A program made the translations under genes and the position numbers. This document shows positions 49,496-62,083 of a stretch of DNA of 64,000 nt, in pieces (within the stretch, counting starts at the first letter, position 1; every line of letters begins with the position of its first letter). The notes below the pieces were generated by a model. It made no database searches. It saw only the letters and a list, made by a program, of their open reading frames with translations, and had not been told where the DNA came from. Origin of the DNA: Schmidtea polychroa (taxonomy: Eukaryota); contig CM097885.1 of the NCBI GenBank assembly GCA_044892525.1, positions 74,772,001-74,836,000 of the forward strand, read 5' to 3'.

Positions 49496-50828
49496 CAGTG
49501 GCTTAACTTCAAATTCTGGGCCCCTCCAAGATTTTCAAAATGGGCCGCACATACAGTCGGTGACAATCTGATAGACAATAATTTTATGTTCTTAATTATC
49601 GACTAATTTTTGAGATTATGCGCCAACCGCGCATCAATAGTAATTTCTACGTCATCTACCTGCTTGTCTGATTTATTGATTTTTCAAGGATTATAAGGAG
49701 TTTCGGTTTCCAGCTTTCTGTCGTGCATTTGTTGAGGTTATTAAATAATTAAAAATAAAAATTATATTTGCAATGAGAGAGGTGCAAGACTGGTCAAGGA
49801 GAAAAGTGACAATGCAAAGAAAAAAAATGGGTAGAAAAGCTCGAGAAGGTGCATCCATATATGGGAAGAGCACATAAAAGGTAAATTAAGGAAAATCGAT
49901 AAAAGATTCATAAATTCGAATTAAAGTGCGGGAAATTGGTCATGGGGAACAGGTAACGAGGAATAACATGGTGATAACAGAATTTTCAGAAGTGCTAGGA
50001 AAAGTGCGTAAAGGTGCTTAAAAGATGAAAAACAAGAAAATGAAATTAATTAATTAATTAATTAGATAGTTGAAAGAAATTTCGAGTTGGGTAAACAAAG
50101 AGAAAAGAAAACAGAAGGAAAATTTAGGCCCATTATCTTGTCACATTGATTAATGGGAAAAGACCAAGGAAAAGATAGTGCGTGCAGAAAGGCCCACGCG
50201 GGCCATAAATTATCTTTGTTCGTCGGATCATTCTGGGTGACAGCCGAAGCAGATATGTGGAGTCGAATGTCAGGAAAGAAATTGGCACGGCAATAACCAT
50301 TTGTCGTCCCGATTTCGAAGAGTATATAAGGAATGGGAAAATCAGAGTAAACCGGCATTTTGCCTCAGCTAGGGACGCGAAGAAACTGAGCTTAGGACAA
50401 TCAGGAAGTTAGGGAAACGAACGGATAGAGTTAGGAGATATTCACGACGTAAAAAAGAAAATTGAATTAGAAGCGAACCAGATCAAATAGTGCAAGTTCG
50501 ATTTAAAGGAAGTTAGTCAACAAAAGGTGAATATTGATAAAGATTTTGACAAAGCATCAGCGCCGAGCGTAAAACCTCTTAAACTTGTAAAGCTCTGTCG
50601 TTGATTGTATCTTTGGATTTTGAGAGATTTATGTGATTCAAATATATGTTGGGTAGTTTATTGTTTTGTTATTTACGATTAGGGGGACAAATGGAGTCAG
50701 AGGTAACCGACTTGAATTAATACAACCCAACCAATTTATTAATTAAAATATTTCATTTTTTCAGGCTTGAAAAGGAGCCCACTTTTGCCTGGGCCCACCC
50801 GCGTTGCAGGCCCATAGTTATACTACTG
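49496..50828. mobile_element. Old hAT-type non-autonomous element containing an LTR-like insert (~49690-50732)
   Basis: TIRs CAGTGGCTTAACT / AGTTATACTACTG with subterminal GGGCCC; TSD decayed (5/8). The purine-rich insert ends GGAGTCAG...ACCCAAC like other LTRs here. Confidence 0.5.
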
Positions 50829-50952
50829 AAGGGAATGGTACCAAAAGGTGCGCCAGGTTCAGAGATAACAAGAATTATCCCAGTTCTCAGAACCACATTA
50901 TTAACACCAATATCATAAAATTCCAAGCTCATATTTTCGTGTTTAATATCAC

Positions 50953-53900
50953 TGTTGGGGTTCAACAAAAGAGGTACAAAATTGAGGTGAAAATCAATAA
51001 AACCATCAAATTCACAATAATAATTTAAAGTACAAAAATATTAATTAAAAATTAAAAAAAAATTAAAAATGATTATTTTCCGGTGGAAACTGGTATGGGC
51101 GGATACCGAACAATCAGACGAGTTCAAATATAATGAAATAAAGTCAATGAAGGGTCACCAGAGGAAAATAATTACAAAAAATTAAAATTAATTTAAAATT
51201 AATTAACTAATAGAAAACCCGAGCTAATGGGAAACACGAGATAATGCAAAACCCGAGCAGTGTGAAAGGACTCTAGTGGTCAATCAAATTTGGTGGAGGC
51301 AAGTAAAGCAGCCAACGAAAAATTAAATTGGGGTAAGCCATCAAAAAAGACGAGCAAATTACCCAAACTAATTTGATCGATAAGAGATAGCCCGGAAAAA
51401 AGGATCCAAAGCAATTTGATTAGGGGATGATAAAATTATGAGATGGGTATAAAAGCGACCGGCAAGTAAACAGAATTGCCAGTAGGTCGAAGAAAGAAAA
51501 GTTGTTGAATAGCAAAAGAAAGCAGAGGCGAATTTACCTTAGTGTTTTTTTCTGCGTCATAAGATCCATCAATTTTTGATTGTTCTAATTTATAAGAGAT
51601 GCTCTTGTTATGAAACGTAACATTCAATTAATAAAAAATTAATATTTCTTTAGAATTTCAGAACTTAACAAAATCAGATTATTCAATTCAATGGAAAATG
51701 GGGAAGAATTTTTATAATTTCAGGAGATTAGATTATTAGGAATTCGCAAAGAATCAATCCTTAATATAATATATGTGAGGAAGTTGAAAGATTCTTAAAG
51801 ATTAATTAGAAATTTTGTTAAATTTAAAATATATTTTTATTGAAAAATATTTTAAGAAAAACTGAAATTTGTTTACATAACAAAAATAAGAAGAGACAAG
51901 TTTTTGAGTATATAATTTATTAAATAAAATTTATGGAATTATTTGGTGATTCGAAAACGGATATTAATGTTCTAATGGATGCGAATCCTAATATGGTGGC
52001 AGCGGTAAACACCGACGCGATTACCGAAAGATTATTGCCAAAGGTGTTCTGTCAAGGTGATGACTTGGAAAAATTCATTAGAAGATGCGAGATTGAATTA
52101 TAAAAGAAGAGGCGAAGAGATTGAACCATATTTAAAAAAAGTGGAGGACCTTATTGACAGGTTGTTTGAGAATAAAGAATTCACCAAAGAGGAAATAACA
52201 GCAAAGATGTTGATAGTATGCACTGAAAATAAAGAAGTTGAGAAAGAAGTAATATTGCGGAAGATAAAAAGCACAGAGGAGATAAAGGAAACATTAATTC
52301 TTATGGATAAAGTGGACAGGCAGAGAGATCAGATAAACGCTATGAAAAGTTATGCAAGAGTGGTCTATCAGGATCCACAGAGAAGAGGACAGTACAAGCA
52401 GAAAGATGAAAGAGAAGAAGTCAGGCGAGGAGAAGAACCAGAGTGCTGGCTATGCCATAAAATAGCCCACACGAAAATAGAATGTCCAGTAAGAAGTAAG
52501 ATAGAGTGCTGGACATGTCATAGAAGCGGACATATAAGTAGGAAATGTCCAGATAAAAAAGTGCCAAGATGTTTTGGTTGTGGGAAAGAAGGTCATATTA
52601 GAAAGTTATGTCAAGAAATACGGTGTGAAGCTGCAACAAAAATGGTCATAGATCTGAAGAATGTTATACAAAGTCGAGTTACAAGAAAACGATAGAGAAA
52701 TAAAGACCGACAGGAAACAGATACAGCCAGATTAATGGAATCAAAGAAGAAGAGGAAACGGAATCGTGCGTAGAGACAAAAGAAGATAATGTTAGTAGGA
52801 CGTACCCAAACAACAGAGCTCTACCAGTAGATGAGTTGTTTGGAGCCATATACTAACAGAAATGTTGATGGCATATCCTCAAGGGCTAGAAAAGTAGGAG
52901 AATGTAGGAAGGTTAAGTGAAAAAGTATACAGGTTCCTAAGGAGAGAAATGTTTGAAGAGGAAGTGGAAAGAATTGGAACAATTGAAACGGGGCAGGAGG
53001 TAGAAATTGTGTATAACAAGCTACAGGGAAGACCTAGTGTAACAGTAATGATGAATGGGGAAGTTTTTGACTGTATATTAGACACCGGAGCACGAATAAA
53101 CGTAATGAGTGTGAACTGTTTTAACAACTTACGAGGACAACAATTGATGAGAAGCGACGATAAGTTACGATGTGCAAACAAAAGTACGATAGAGACAATT
53201 GGAAGAACAAAGGTTAAAGTAACTATCGGAGATATTTCCAAGGAAGTTGGATTCATTGTGGCGGAGAAAGTGACACCAGAGGTGATTGGAGGAGAAGAAT
53301 TACAAGGAGCATTTGGATATAGGAAGGCAGAAAAGAAAGATATCGAATCTAGTGAAAAAGACAAGAACTATATTTGTAACATTGAAGCTAGATTCGGCAG
53401 ACAAATAAAGAATGGAAAACGATTGACGCGAGCGTTGGAACATCTAAAGATTGATGAGAATAGTAAGTTAAAGGAAATAATAACGAACAGTGGAAACGTG
53501 CTTATGGCGGATAAATGGGATGTGGGTCGCACGCATTTAGTAAAACATAAGATAATTACAAGAGGTGAACCGATAAACATAAAACCATTGAATTTGGAAG
53601 CAAAATTGAAGAAGCAATACAAAATTTGTACGAAAACGGGATAATACGAAAATGCAACTTCCCATGGAACACGCCATTAATCTGCGTATGGAAAAAAGAG
53701 AAAAAAGATATTATGTTATGCTTGGATTTCAGACAGCTGACTGCAGTAACAGAGAAGCAGGCATTCCCAATGCCAAACATAGACGAGATGTTAGATTTGT
53801 TAGGAGGGTCCGTTTAATTTAGCTCAATCGATCTTGGTAATGCATATTACCAAGTGGAGTTAGACGAAGGAGCGCAAGAGAAAACAACAAAGAAAGGGCA

Positions 53901-54007
53901 ATACTGTTTCAACAGAATGCCGTTCGGAATTGCTGCAGCACCAGGTACGTTCCAGGAAATGATGACAGAGGTAATAGGCAAAATAAATGGAGTAATGGTG
54001 TATTTGA
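50953..54007 (+). mobile_element. Ty3/gypsy LTR retrotransposon, 5' portion (LTR, gag, protease, RT)
   Basis: LTR start TGTTGGGG; gag ATG 51933; three intact CCHC knuckles plus a frameshifted fourth; protease CILDTGARIN; RT LCLDFRQL, SSIDLGNAYYQV, RMPFGIAAAPGTFQ. Truncated at the YL(DD) motif. Confidence 0.92.
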
Positions 54008-54009
54008 CA

Positions 54010-55168
54010 GAAGTGCAAAAACAGTAAAAAATCTTTCTGAATAATTTTCCAAGTATTTCCCTTCACTTGATTATAAAATGTATGAGTGGGTTATTAATCC
54101 AATTACAATTCACGAGACTACACATTTGACTTTAGAAGAAGAAGAAAATTTAAATGACTCGAAAAACGATCCGGTACACAGGGCATCTTTTGGTCTTTTA
54201 GGATTTCGCTTTGGAGCCAATATCCTCAATTAGCTAAGACAGCCATTAGATCGCTGCTGCAATTTGGATCATCGTATCTTTGTGAATTAGGGTTTTCAGC
54301 GCTTGTGAAAATGAAGTCAAAAAACGAGAGAGATTGCAAACGATTGATGAATATATACATGTTTGTTTGTCTACTCTTTCTCATTAGTAATATCATCTCT
54401 GCATATTTTCTATATATGTGCATTATATCTCAATAAAATGATATGTTGAGGATACCTAAATAACAATTTTTAAATAAATAAATAAAATTACCAGGGGAAG
54501 ATCGCCATGACAAACGGGACGATCTGTGGGAACTCAGAAAAGAAAACGGAAGTAAAAAGTAATTAAAAATGAGAAAGATAAAGGAAATAAAAGGAATCAA
54601 ACATTAAAACAAAAACTAAGGTCACTAATTAATGAGTACAAAAGGAATTTTGAAATCGGGGAAAAAGGAAAACAACAATATTCTTATTTCGACAGCCTGC
54701 CATTGATAACGTAATTACTGGGAGAAGGCTGTTAAACAAAAAAGGGAAAAGAAAAAATATCTCGACATCTGTCAGAGATAAGGCTGACATAGCGGGGAAC
54801 GCAGAAGAAAATGGAAATGGGAAAACAAAATCTGTCACCAGTGCCATAAACAAAATAACTATATAAAGGAAAACTGGTGGACACGAAATCAGAAAAAAAT
54901 TTGGAAAAGTGAGAGACAATTTGTGAGACAATTTGAGAGACAATTTGTGAGACGATTTGAGAGAGTCAGAGTAACATTTAAATTTATCACCAACTCAATA
55001 ACCCAACAAATATAAGGATTTATGTTATTACTACACTAAAAAATTTGTATATTTTTGCTTATATTGATAAGTCATATTTAATTTTTCCGATATTTTTTAT
55101 TTAGTGTTCCGCAAAACAAAAGGCCGTTTCTTAGTGTGCCACGAACGGAAAAAGTTTGGCAGACATTG
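54010..55168 (+). mobile_element. 3' part of a Buster-type hAT transposon, interrupted by a solo LTR
   Basis: FSKYFPSLDYKMYEWVINP and PQLAKTAIRSLLQFGSSYLCELGFSALVKMKSK; right end ...GTGTGCCACGAACGGAAAAAGTTTGGCAGACATTG. Confidence 0.85.
54444..55008 (+). mobile_element. Solo LTR (internally deleted), same family as 59651-60627
   Basis: TGTTGAGGATACC...ATAACCCAACA termini; near-TSD GATA / AATA; TATATAA box at ~54860. Confidence 0.9.
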
Positions 55169-55571
55169 GAATAAAGAATGAGAGTGAAGTAAATCCTATT
55201 ATTGATAATCAGAAACCACTTAGTGAGAATGGGATCGGGAGAAAATTTGGTAATGGAGCTCATCTGCGCATTTATTCCTAGCCAAATTATACATTTTCAA
55301 CATTCATTCGGTGAGTATGAATAACTATGGGAAGAAATTCATCTGATGGTTCAAGGTCAAGGTGGAATGAAGGTCATATAACCGTAATAAATTATCAACT
55401 CGGAACATCACCAAATATAATAAATAATAAATAAGTATTATAAATAAATTTTGAGTATTGCAAATTATAATAATTATGTTAATATTTTATTTTGTAATAA
55501 CTTTATTTCATATTTTTTTGAAATATTTTATTAATTTTTATTGATTGTTTTATCTTAAATGAATCACATTT

Positions 55572-57269
55572 ATGTCCACATATACCGGAACGGATCCAAG
55601 GAAATTATCTCTTGCGCCTCCTTCTCAGCCATCCTATTCGGCCTTTCAGAGTAATGAAGATAAGAAGAATGGTAAGTGGTTTACCATATGGAAAGAGTAC
55701 GCATCGTACACGACATTGCATGGACCAAATCATATCACGTCCACATCGGAACGTTGGCGGACATATTACATTGTTATATTTATTATTATGATTTGTCTTT
55801 TCACCTGTCACAGCGGATTTCTGATTTACCAGTATAAGCAATTTCCTATAAACACCGACGTAAAATTCCAGAACATTTTGTATTCCTATCCCGATGTGAC
55901 AATATGCCCCAATTCTGCCACTTCTGAGTACTTGCTTAATAAATCCAAAGAAGCGCAAAGCAGTCACAAGTCTAGCAAAGCATTCTGGGAAGGCAAAAAG
56001 ATTTATCGTGAGTCTCTGGAAAAATTGATCAAGAGAAATTATTTGAAATATTTTTACCGGTATTCCCACATCATTGGCCGGTTACCCCACCAACATATAA
56101 TATGGTGCCAAATACGTGATCAGAGCTGTCTGGATCAAATATTTATCACAGAACATCCAACGTATTATCGCTGTTTTACATTACGTGTTAATACCCAATC
56201 AGTTCTGGCCGGGCCAACGCACGGTATTACGATTTTGTTGCATAGAGGAGACCCTTCAAAACCATTATTACAAGTTAATGAACACCTTTCTTATGAAGAA
56301 CAAACTAGCATAAAAAAAGATAACATTAAAAACTTCACCGGATTTATAATAGGTTTTCATGAAAGAGGTTCCTTCCCAAATTTTCAATTGTTGGCACTTC
56401 CTGCAGTGACAGATGTGAGATTTGGTGACCAGATACGAATATCACTAGATTTGACAAGTTTAAAGGCTGCTAATTTAAAAATCAGACCATGTGAATTTAC
56501 CACAAATGTCCTACCTATCCAGTTGATTAAATCTGATCCCATTTCAACTAGTATTGACGATTCTAATTCGCAAATGTTGAAATTTGCTTACATCCGTCAA
56601 TCTTGCATTGCAATAAAACGGCAAGAGTTGATCTATAAGACTTGTGGATGTTTCAGTGAAGAATACAACATCCCCTACCACATGAAGCATTATGGTAATG
56701 TTTGGTGCTATGACATAATTGGGAAAACGGATAAAATCATCAATATAGACTCGACCATTACTTGCGTTGAGAAAATAAATCAGATGACAGAAAATGAAGT
56801 TTTATTCAATTACTTTAAAATGAAACCGGATCAAAACCTTTTAAACACCTTTAGTGTATGTCCATTGAGGTGTGACAGGTTTATTCACTTGATACAGTCG
56901 ATATTCAAGGATTCTATATCGCATTCGATTGCGTTGGTGAATTTTCAAAATTACTTTGAACATTTAGCTTTGAAGGGGTTGACCAATCCATTTTTAAAGG
57001 TGACGAGTGTTGTGGAGAGTGGTGATCTCATTGCTCTAGATATCAACACGATATCTGAATATGTCAACGAAGTGGTTGAGACCCAAGCATTTGATAAACT
57101 TAATCTAATCAGTCAAATTGGAGGAATATCGGGACTCTATATAGGAATCACAATCTTTACAATATTTGAAATATTGGATTTGATTTTACAATGGCTGTAT
57201 CATTTATTTCCAGGGGTCCAGACATGGTTATCATGGAATCGGTTGTCGGCCCTTTTTAAAAGAAATTGA
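55572..57269 (+). CDS. DEG/ENaC (amiloride-sensitive sodium channel family) subunit, 565 aa, apparently single exon
   Basis: Pre-TM1 TTLHG motif, TM1, YPDVTICP, RCFT, Cys-rich thumb (CGCFS, CPLRC) and TM2 LISQIGGISGLYIGITIFTIFE. AATAAA at ~57356. Confidence 0.95.
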   Translation: MSTYTGTDPRKLSLAPPSQPSYSAFQSNEDKKNGKWFTIWKEYASYTTLHGPNHITSTSERWRTYYIVIFIIMICLFTCHSGFLIYQYKQFPINTDVKFQNILYSYPDVTICPNSATSEYLLNKSKEAQSSHKSSKAFWEGKKIYRESLEKLIKRNYLKYFYRYSHIIGRLPHQHIIWCQIRDQSCLDQIFITEHPTYYRCFTLRVNTQSVLAGPTHGITILLHRGDPSKPLLQVNEHLSYEEQTSIKKDNIKNFTGFIIGFHERGSFPNFQLLALPAVTDVRFGDQIRISLDLTSLKAANLKIRPCEFTTNVLPIQLIKSDPISTSIDDSNSQMLKFAYIRQSCIAIKRQELIYKTCGCFSEEYNIPYHMKHYGNVWCYDIIGKTDKIINIDSTITCVEKINQMTENEVLFNYFKMKPDQNLLNTFSVCPLRCDRFIHLIQSIFKDSISHSIALVNFQNYFEHLALKGLTNPFLKVTSVVESGDLIALDINTISEYVNEVVETQAFDKLNLISQIGGISGLYIGITIFTIFEILDLILQWLYHLFPGVQTWLSWNRLSALFKRN

Positions 57270-57607
57270 ATTTGTGAATAATGCTTAATAATTTCTGAAA
57301 GTTTATGATGAAGGCATATAAAAGAGGAGCTGTAGGATGTTGTTTTTTAACATTGAATAAATCTGAGTTCTTTATTTCCAATGAAAGTAACATTTATTAC
57401 AATTAATCATGAATGAGGATGCCTTTCAAATATTCACCACGTTTATAGGCATCGATACGAATATTTGGCTATTAATCTTTTATGTCAGCCTGAGGTTATC
57501 CACAGGTCTAAATATAAATATGAAAGTTACGCGATCGTATAAAGGCCCAAGGCTAAAAAGGACCCTCATCATTGAAAACTTTATTTGAAACTGAATATTT
57601 GTATTAA

Positions 57608-57838
57608 CCGTTTGCGGACGAAATTAATTTATTAATATATTATTTTTTAGCATAAAATATTTTAGTATACGAAAGCTTGATATCGTGTTATGATTTATTT
57701 AAAGTTTGGCCAGCACAGCTGGTCATTGTACATTGTTAAACATCTGTAACCAAATTCGTGGCCAAAATTTCTGGCCTACCGTTCGCAACCGTATAAGCAA
57801 TTTAAGGCCAGCACTGCTGGCCTAGCGTCCGTAAACGG
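57608..57838. mobile_element. piggyBac-type MITE
   Basis: TTAA on both sides; TIRs CCGTTTGCGGACG / CGTCCGTAAACGG (12/13). Confidence 0.88.
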
Positions 57839-59043
57839 TTAAGACTAAGTTATTTTCTGATAAGCATTAATTTTGTGTTTTTTTGAGTTGTTTATCATTA
57901 TTTATAAATTTAATTCTTCACAATAAATATAAATGCTCTGTTTTTCAAAATTCTGCATTTATGATACTTCAAATACACTGGAAAACATTCAAATATTAAG
58001 TGAGACTTAAAGAATTCTTTTGCATAAGAGATCAAAATCTACAGTCGCACCGCTGGTTTTACTTTTTAAGTTGGGAACATGGTTTTTTCACAGCTTGTCC
58101 CATGTGGTGAAATATTTTGAAAATATCACGATTTCATATTCACATATTTCTTTTTTATTAGTATATTGTAAGTATATATTGTTGGGGATACACGAAAAGT
58201 TTGAAAAAATATAGAAAATAACAAATTATCAAAATCAATTAAAAATTAATTAAAAATTAATTAAAATTTAAAAATGTAAAAATCAGTATTTTCAGGGGGA
58301 AACTGGTGACAAATAAAATTTTAAAAACGTATCAAATATTTTTAAAATTGAAAAAAGCAAATTTGATATTGGATGAGAATCTCACGTCAGCCTAACTTGG
58401 GGATAATTTATTGAGGGAAGTTAAACCCAATATTTTATAGTCAGCAATTTGAACACTGGGATTAACTGCAAAAATAAATGGGGGAAATTCGTATACATAT
58501 TTAGAGCAAAGAATTAAATTTTGACATAAAATGTATTCAATTTTGTTGCAAATAAAGATTATTTGTTGGGATTGGAGTCTTATTTGCTTGATTATTGAAC
58601 ACAAGTAGTCGAATTGAGAGCTAATTTCTATCGACAGAATTATTTATATCCGAACATTATTAACGGGCAGTCTAACAGACGCAACTATGTTGCGTAGTTG
58701 GTGTAATTTGCCAGGTAAACAAAACATGCGCGTTTGAAAATGAAGTAATAGATTCCAAACTAATGGTTAGATTTTAATAAAATTGCATTAATTTTTATTG
58801 GTTTTGCTAAAAAAATCATAATGACTAAAAAATATATGTTTAGTAAATAAATAAACGAACAAAACGTTAACTGTATGGAGTAAGAAAAATAAATATTTTA
58901 ACATTTGCCTATTGAAAGGCAAAAATGAGTGGCCGATGAATATGCTATATAAGCAATAAATATGAAGGGAGAAGAAGGGATATTCCGACTATTTGATAGG
59001 TCTCGCTGTAACAGCTTTGGTTCTATACGTTCTACAATAATAA

Positions 59044-60841
59044 CACTGGACTACAGCAAATTTGGTGTCTAAGTTTTTCAGCTGATTTTGGACAATTTGC
59101 ATCTGCTGAATCGAAAATTCACATTGGTTTTGTTTAGTGAGGTCAATTTTTTTATATAGCGTCACATGAACCTTTTACGTGTCTACTTGCCATCGATATA
59201 ATAGTAATTGAGATATCCATGGGTTTTTAACTCTAGATTCAAGTTGGTTCTTTTATTTATTCAGGTAAAAGATCTTGTAAAAATAAACCTGATGTATTTT
59301 GCTACATCTGTGGTGAATAAACTCTTATTGCCAACAGGAACCAATTCACCAACTTTGTAAAGCGTATTTATGATTCATATGTCGGTATGAAGCTGGGTGA
59401 TCAAGATAAACTTCGAGCTCCTCACATGATATGCAAGACCTGCATAGAGTATCTTCGTCAGTTGACCAAATTAACAAGGAGTTCTTAGAAATTTGGAATC
59501 CCTATGGTTTGGAGAAAACCTTCCAACCATGCAACTGACTGTTACTTCTGTGCCATTGATGTAACTGGAATAAACAAGAAAAACCGGAGCTACCTCAAAT
59601 TTCCTGAACTGAAATCAGTACGTCGTACTCTGGCACACTACGATAAGATTTGTTGAGGATACCTAAATAACAATTTATAAAGAAATAAATAAAATTACCT
59701 GGGGGGAAGATCGCCATGACAAACGGGACGATCTATTGGAACTCAGTAAAGAAAACGGAAGTGAAAAGAAATTAAAAATGAGAAAGATAAAGGAAATAAA
59801 AGGAATCAAATAGGAATCAAATTAATTAGTACAAAAAGGAAATGGAATTTTGAAATCGGTGAAAAAGGAAAACAACAATATACTTATCTCGACAGCTTGC
59901 CAGTGATAATAGAATAGATGGGAGAAGGCGGTCAAACAAAAAAGGGAAAAGGAAAAACAACTTGACAGCTGTCAGAGATAAAAATGGGACAGTCGGGAAA
60001 AGCAGGAGAAGGAAAATGGAAAAACACTTGATTATCTGGAGTGCAACAAGAGAAGCGAACTATATAAGGGAAAACTGGTGAACATGAAATTAGAACAAAG
60101 GAGAGAAGAAAAATTAGAGACAAAGTGATGCGAAATTGAAAACGATTTGGAAGACGATTTGAGTAATAAAATTATTGGAGAAAATTAGATGTTGGACGAA
60201 GCGTGGTTGGACAAACGATTGTCAAAATAATTGTAAAGGAAATAATTGTGGAAAATAATTATTGGAGAAGAGGGAAGAAAAGAATTAGTTGAATAATGAA
60301 ACGAAAAGAAGTTATTTGATTATTTGAATAAAGTTTGGAAGAAAGTCAAAGGAAACAACCAGCTCAAAATCCCAGTTTAGAAACCAATCAGTAATTTGTG
60401 ATCTTTTAATCCGGTGTTATACATAAGTGGTATTCCTCACCGAGTGTTGTAATAAGAATTGTATAGTCACCTAGCAGAGTGTTGAATTTATTGTCAGTGT
60501 CAAGTGAAAGTTTATTTGTGATTATCAAATAAAGATTTCTGTTGTCAAGTGTTATTTGTGAATCGTATAAAGACATGCTTGGAGTCATAATAACATTTAA
60601 ATTTATCACCAACTCAATAACCCAACAGATTCCAGTGCCTGTATTTCGTAATATTCCTGACATAAGCGACGAAGAAGTTCTGATTTCCGATTTTCTATTG
60701 ATTTCTATAAAATCGAGTTAGCAGAATACATGACCTGATACAGAAAAATGGGTGTCATTCTTGGATTCAGCTTTGCCAAATTGCTATAAATCAGTTAAAA
60801 AATCTTAGACACCAGACAAAAACCTTTTTTGCACTCGAGTG
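59044..60841 (+). mobile_element. Internally deleted CMC-superfamily (Chapaev3-like) DNA transposon
   Basis: CACT termini with long imperfect TIRs (TGGTGTCTAAG...GCTGAATC) and a 3-bp TAA TSD. N-terminal Zn-finger SCKNKPDVFCYICGE...GDQDK...CKTC...PMVWRKPSNHATDCYFC continues after the LTR insert as IPVPVF. Confidence 0.75.
59651..60627 (+). mobile_element. Solo LTR nested in the Chapaev-like element
   Basis: TGTTGAGG...ACCCAACA termini; perfect 4-bp TSD GATT. Confidence 0.95.
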
Positions 60842-61271
60842 TAATCATTTCTTTTCTTTAATCTTTTTACTTAACTTGATCCTTTTCCTTTCTCTTTCGT
60901 TAATTCTATCTTCTGATTTTAATCTTCGCTTTAATCCTACGGCCAAATTGTTCGTCCCTACCTGAGGCAAACTGCCAATTATTTCTAAGTTTTAGTTCCT
61001 TTATGTAGTTAAAATATTCACATTGATTAACTAAGTCATCTCTATTTGATAATCTTTACCTCGTGGCCTATTTCATTTTTCCTACAGTGCGTCTTCCTTG
61101 TGATAATCTTTTTTCCGTTTCAGAGAAGAGATCTACTTTGCTTATTTATCTTGAAACCAGAAATGTACCACGATCAAGTGAATATTTCAATTATACGTCA
61201 AAAAGTTCTGCAAAATCTTAATCAGAAAATATTATGAAAAGAATTTACTAAAGAATACTCAATAATAAAGA

Positions 61272-61272
61272 C

Positions 61273-61330
<58 letters not shown>
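61272..61330. repeat. (AAT)n microsatellite
   Basis: Perfect run. Confidence 0.95.
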
Positions 61331-61334
<4 letters not shown>

Positions 61335-62083
61335 TATCAATGATGAAGATGATACACTAACACCTCCACTACTTGCTGAAATTGAAGACTCAATTAATAT
61401 ATCAGAAGAACATTTACTAAGAACATTTACTATAAGTAGCTATTTCTTCAATGATCCCCACAGTGGAAAGAAATTATATAACTAAACATCTTTTAACGGC
61501 AAAACTTAAAGGATATTTGCGATTCGTTGCATCCTCGTCATAAATTAATTAATTTTCTCGAAAATAAAGCTATGGCATCGATGAGAAACAAATAAAATTG
61601 GCTAAAGGACCAAAAGTATACATAAATAACCATTTCCATTACGTTAAGACCTGTTGAGCATTTAGAGGACTTTTTCGTAAATTTCTGAGGTTAAACACAC
61701 TAAGAAAAATTCATTTTACCACTTGTCATAACCGTTTTTTAAATGTTTTTATTTGTATCACTTTATTCAATGGCATAGGCAGCCTTTTCCAAAGGAGATT
61801 CACCAAAAATTTACTTTTATTAGTGATAAAAAAGTTCAATGATTTCCGATTTATTTAAATTTATTATTCAACTCAACTGATATTTACTGATATTTAATAT
61901 TTTGCATTATGCGAATAATAATTTGTCTGCTAATAATTGCGCGCATGCAACTTAATTGTTGATACTGCCTGTAAAAATTGGTGTACGTTAATAATAGCGA
62001 TCACAAAAAAAGCGAGTGGTTAGAAATAGCAACAATCAAAACAGCGATTTATTACATAAATTGAAAATTAACAAGGTTATAAT

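Noticed and set aside
54444-60627. A single LTR retrotransposon carrying the ENaC gene as cargo
   Set aside because: Each LTR has its own TSD and is nested in a different DNA transposon. The outer flanks (GATA versus GATT) are not needed to explain them, and no PBS, PPT or gag-pol lies between them.
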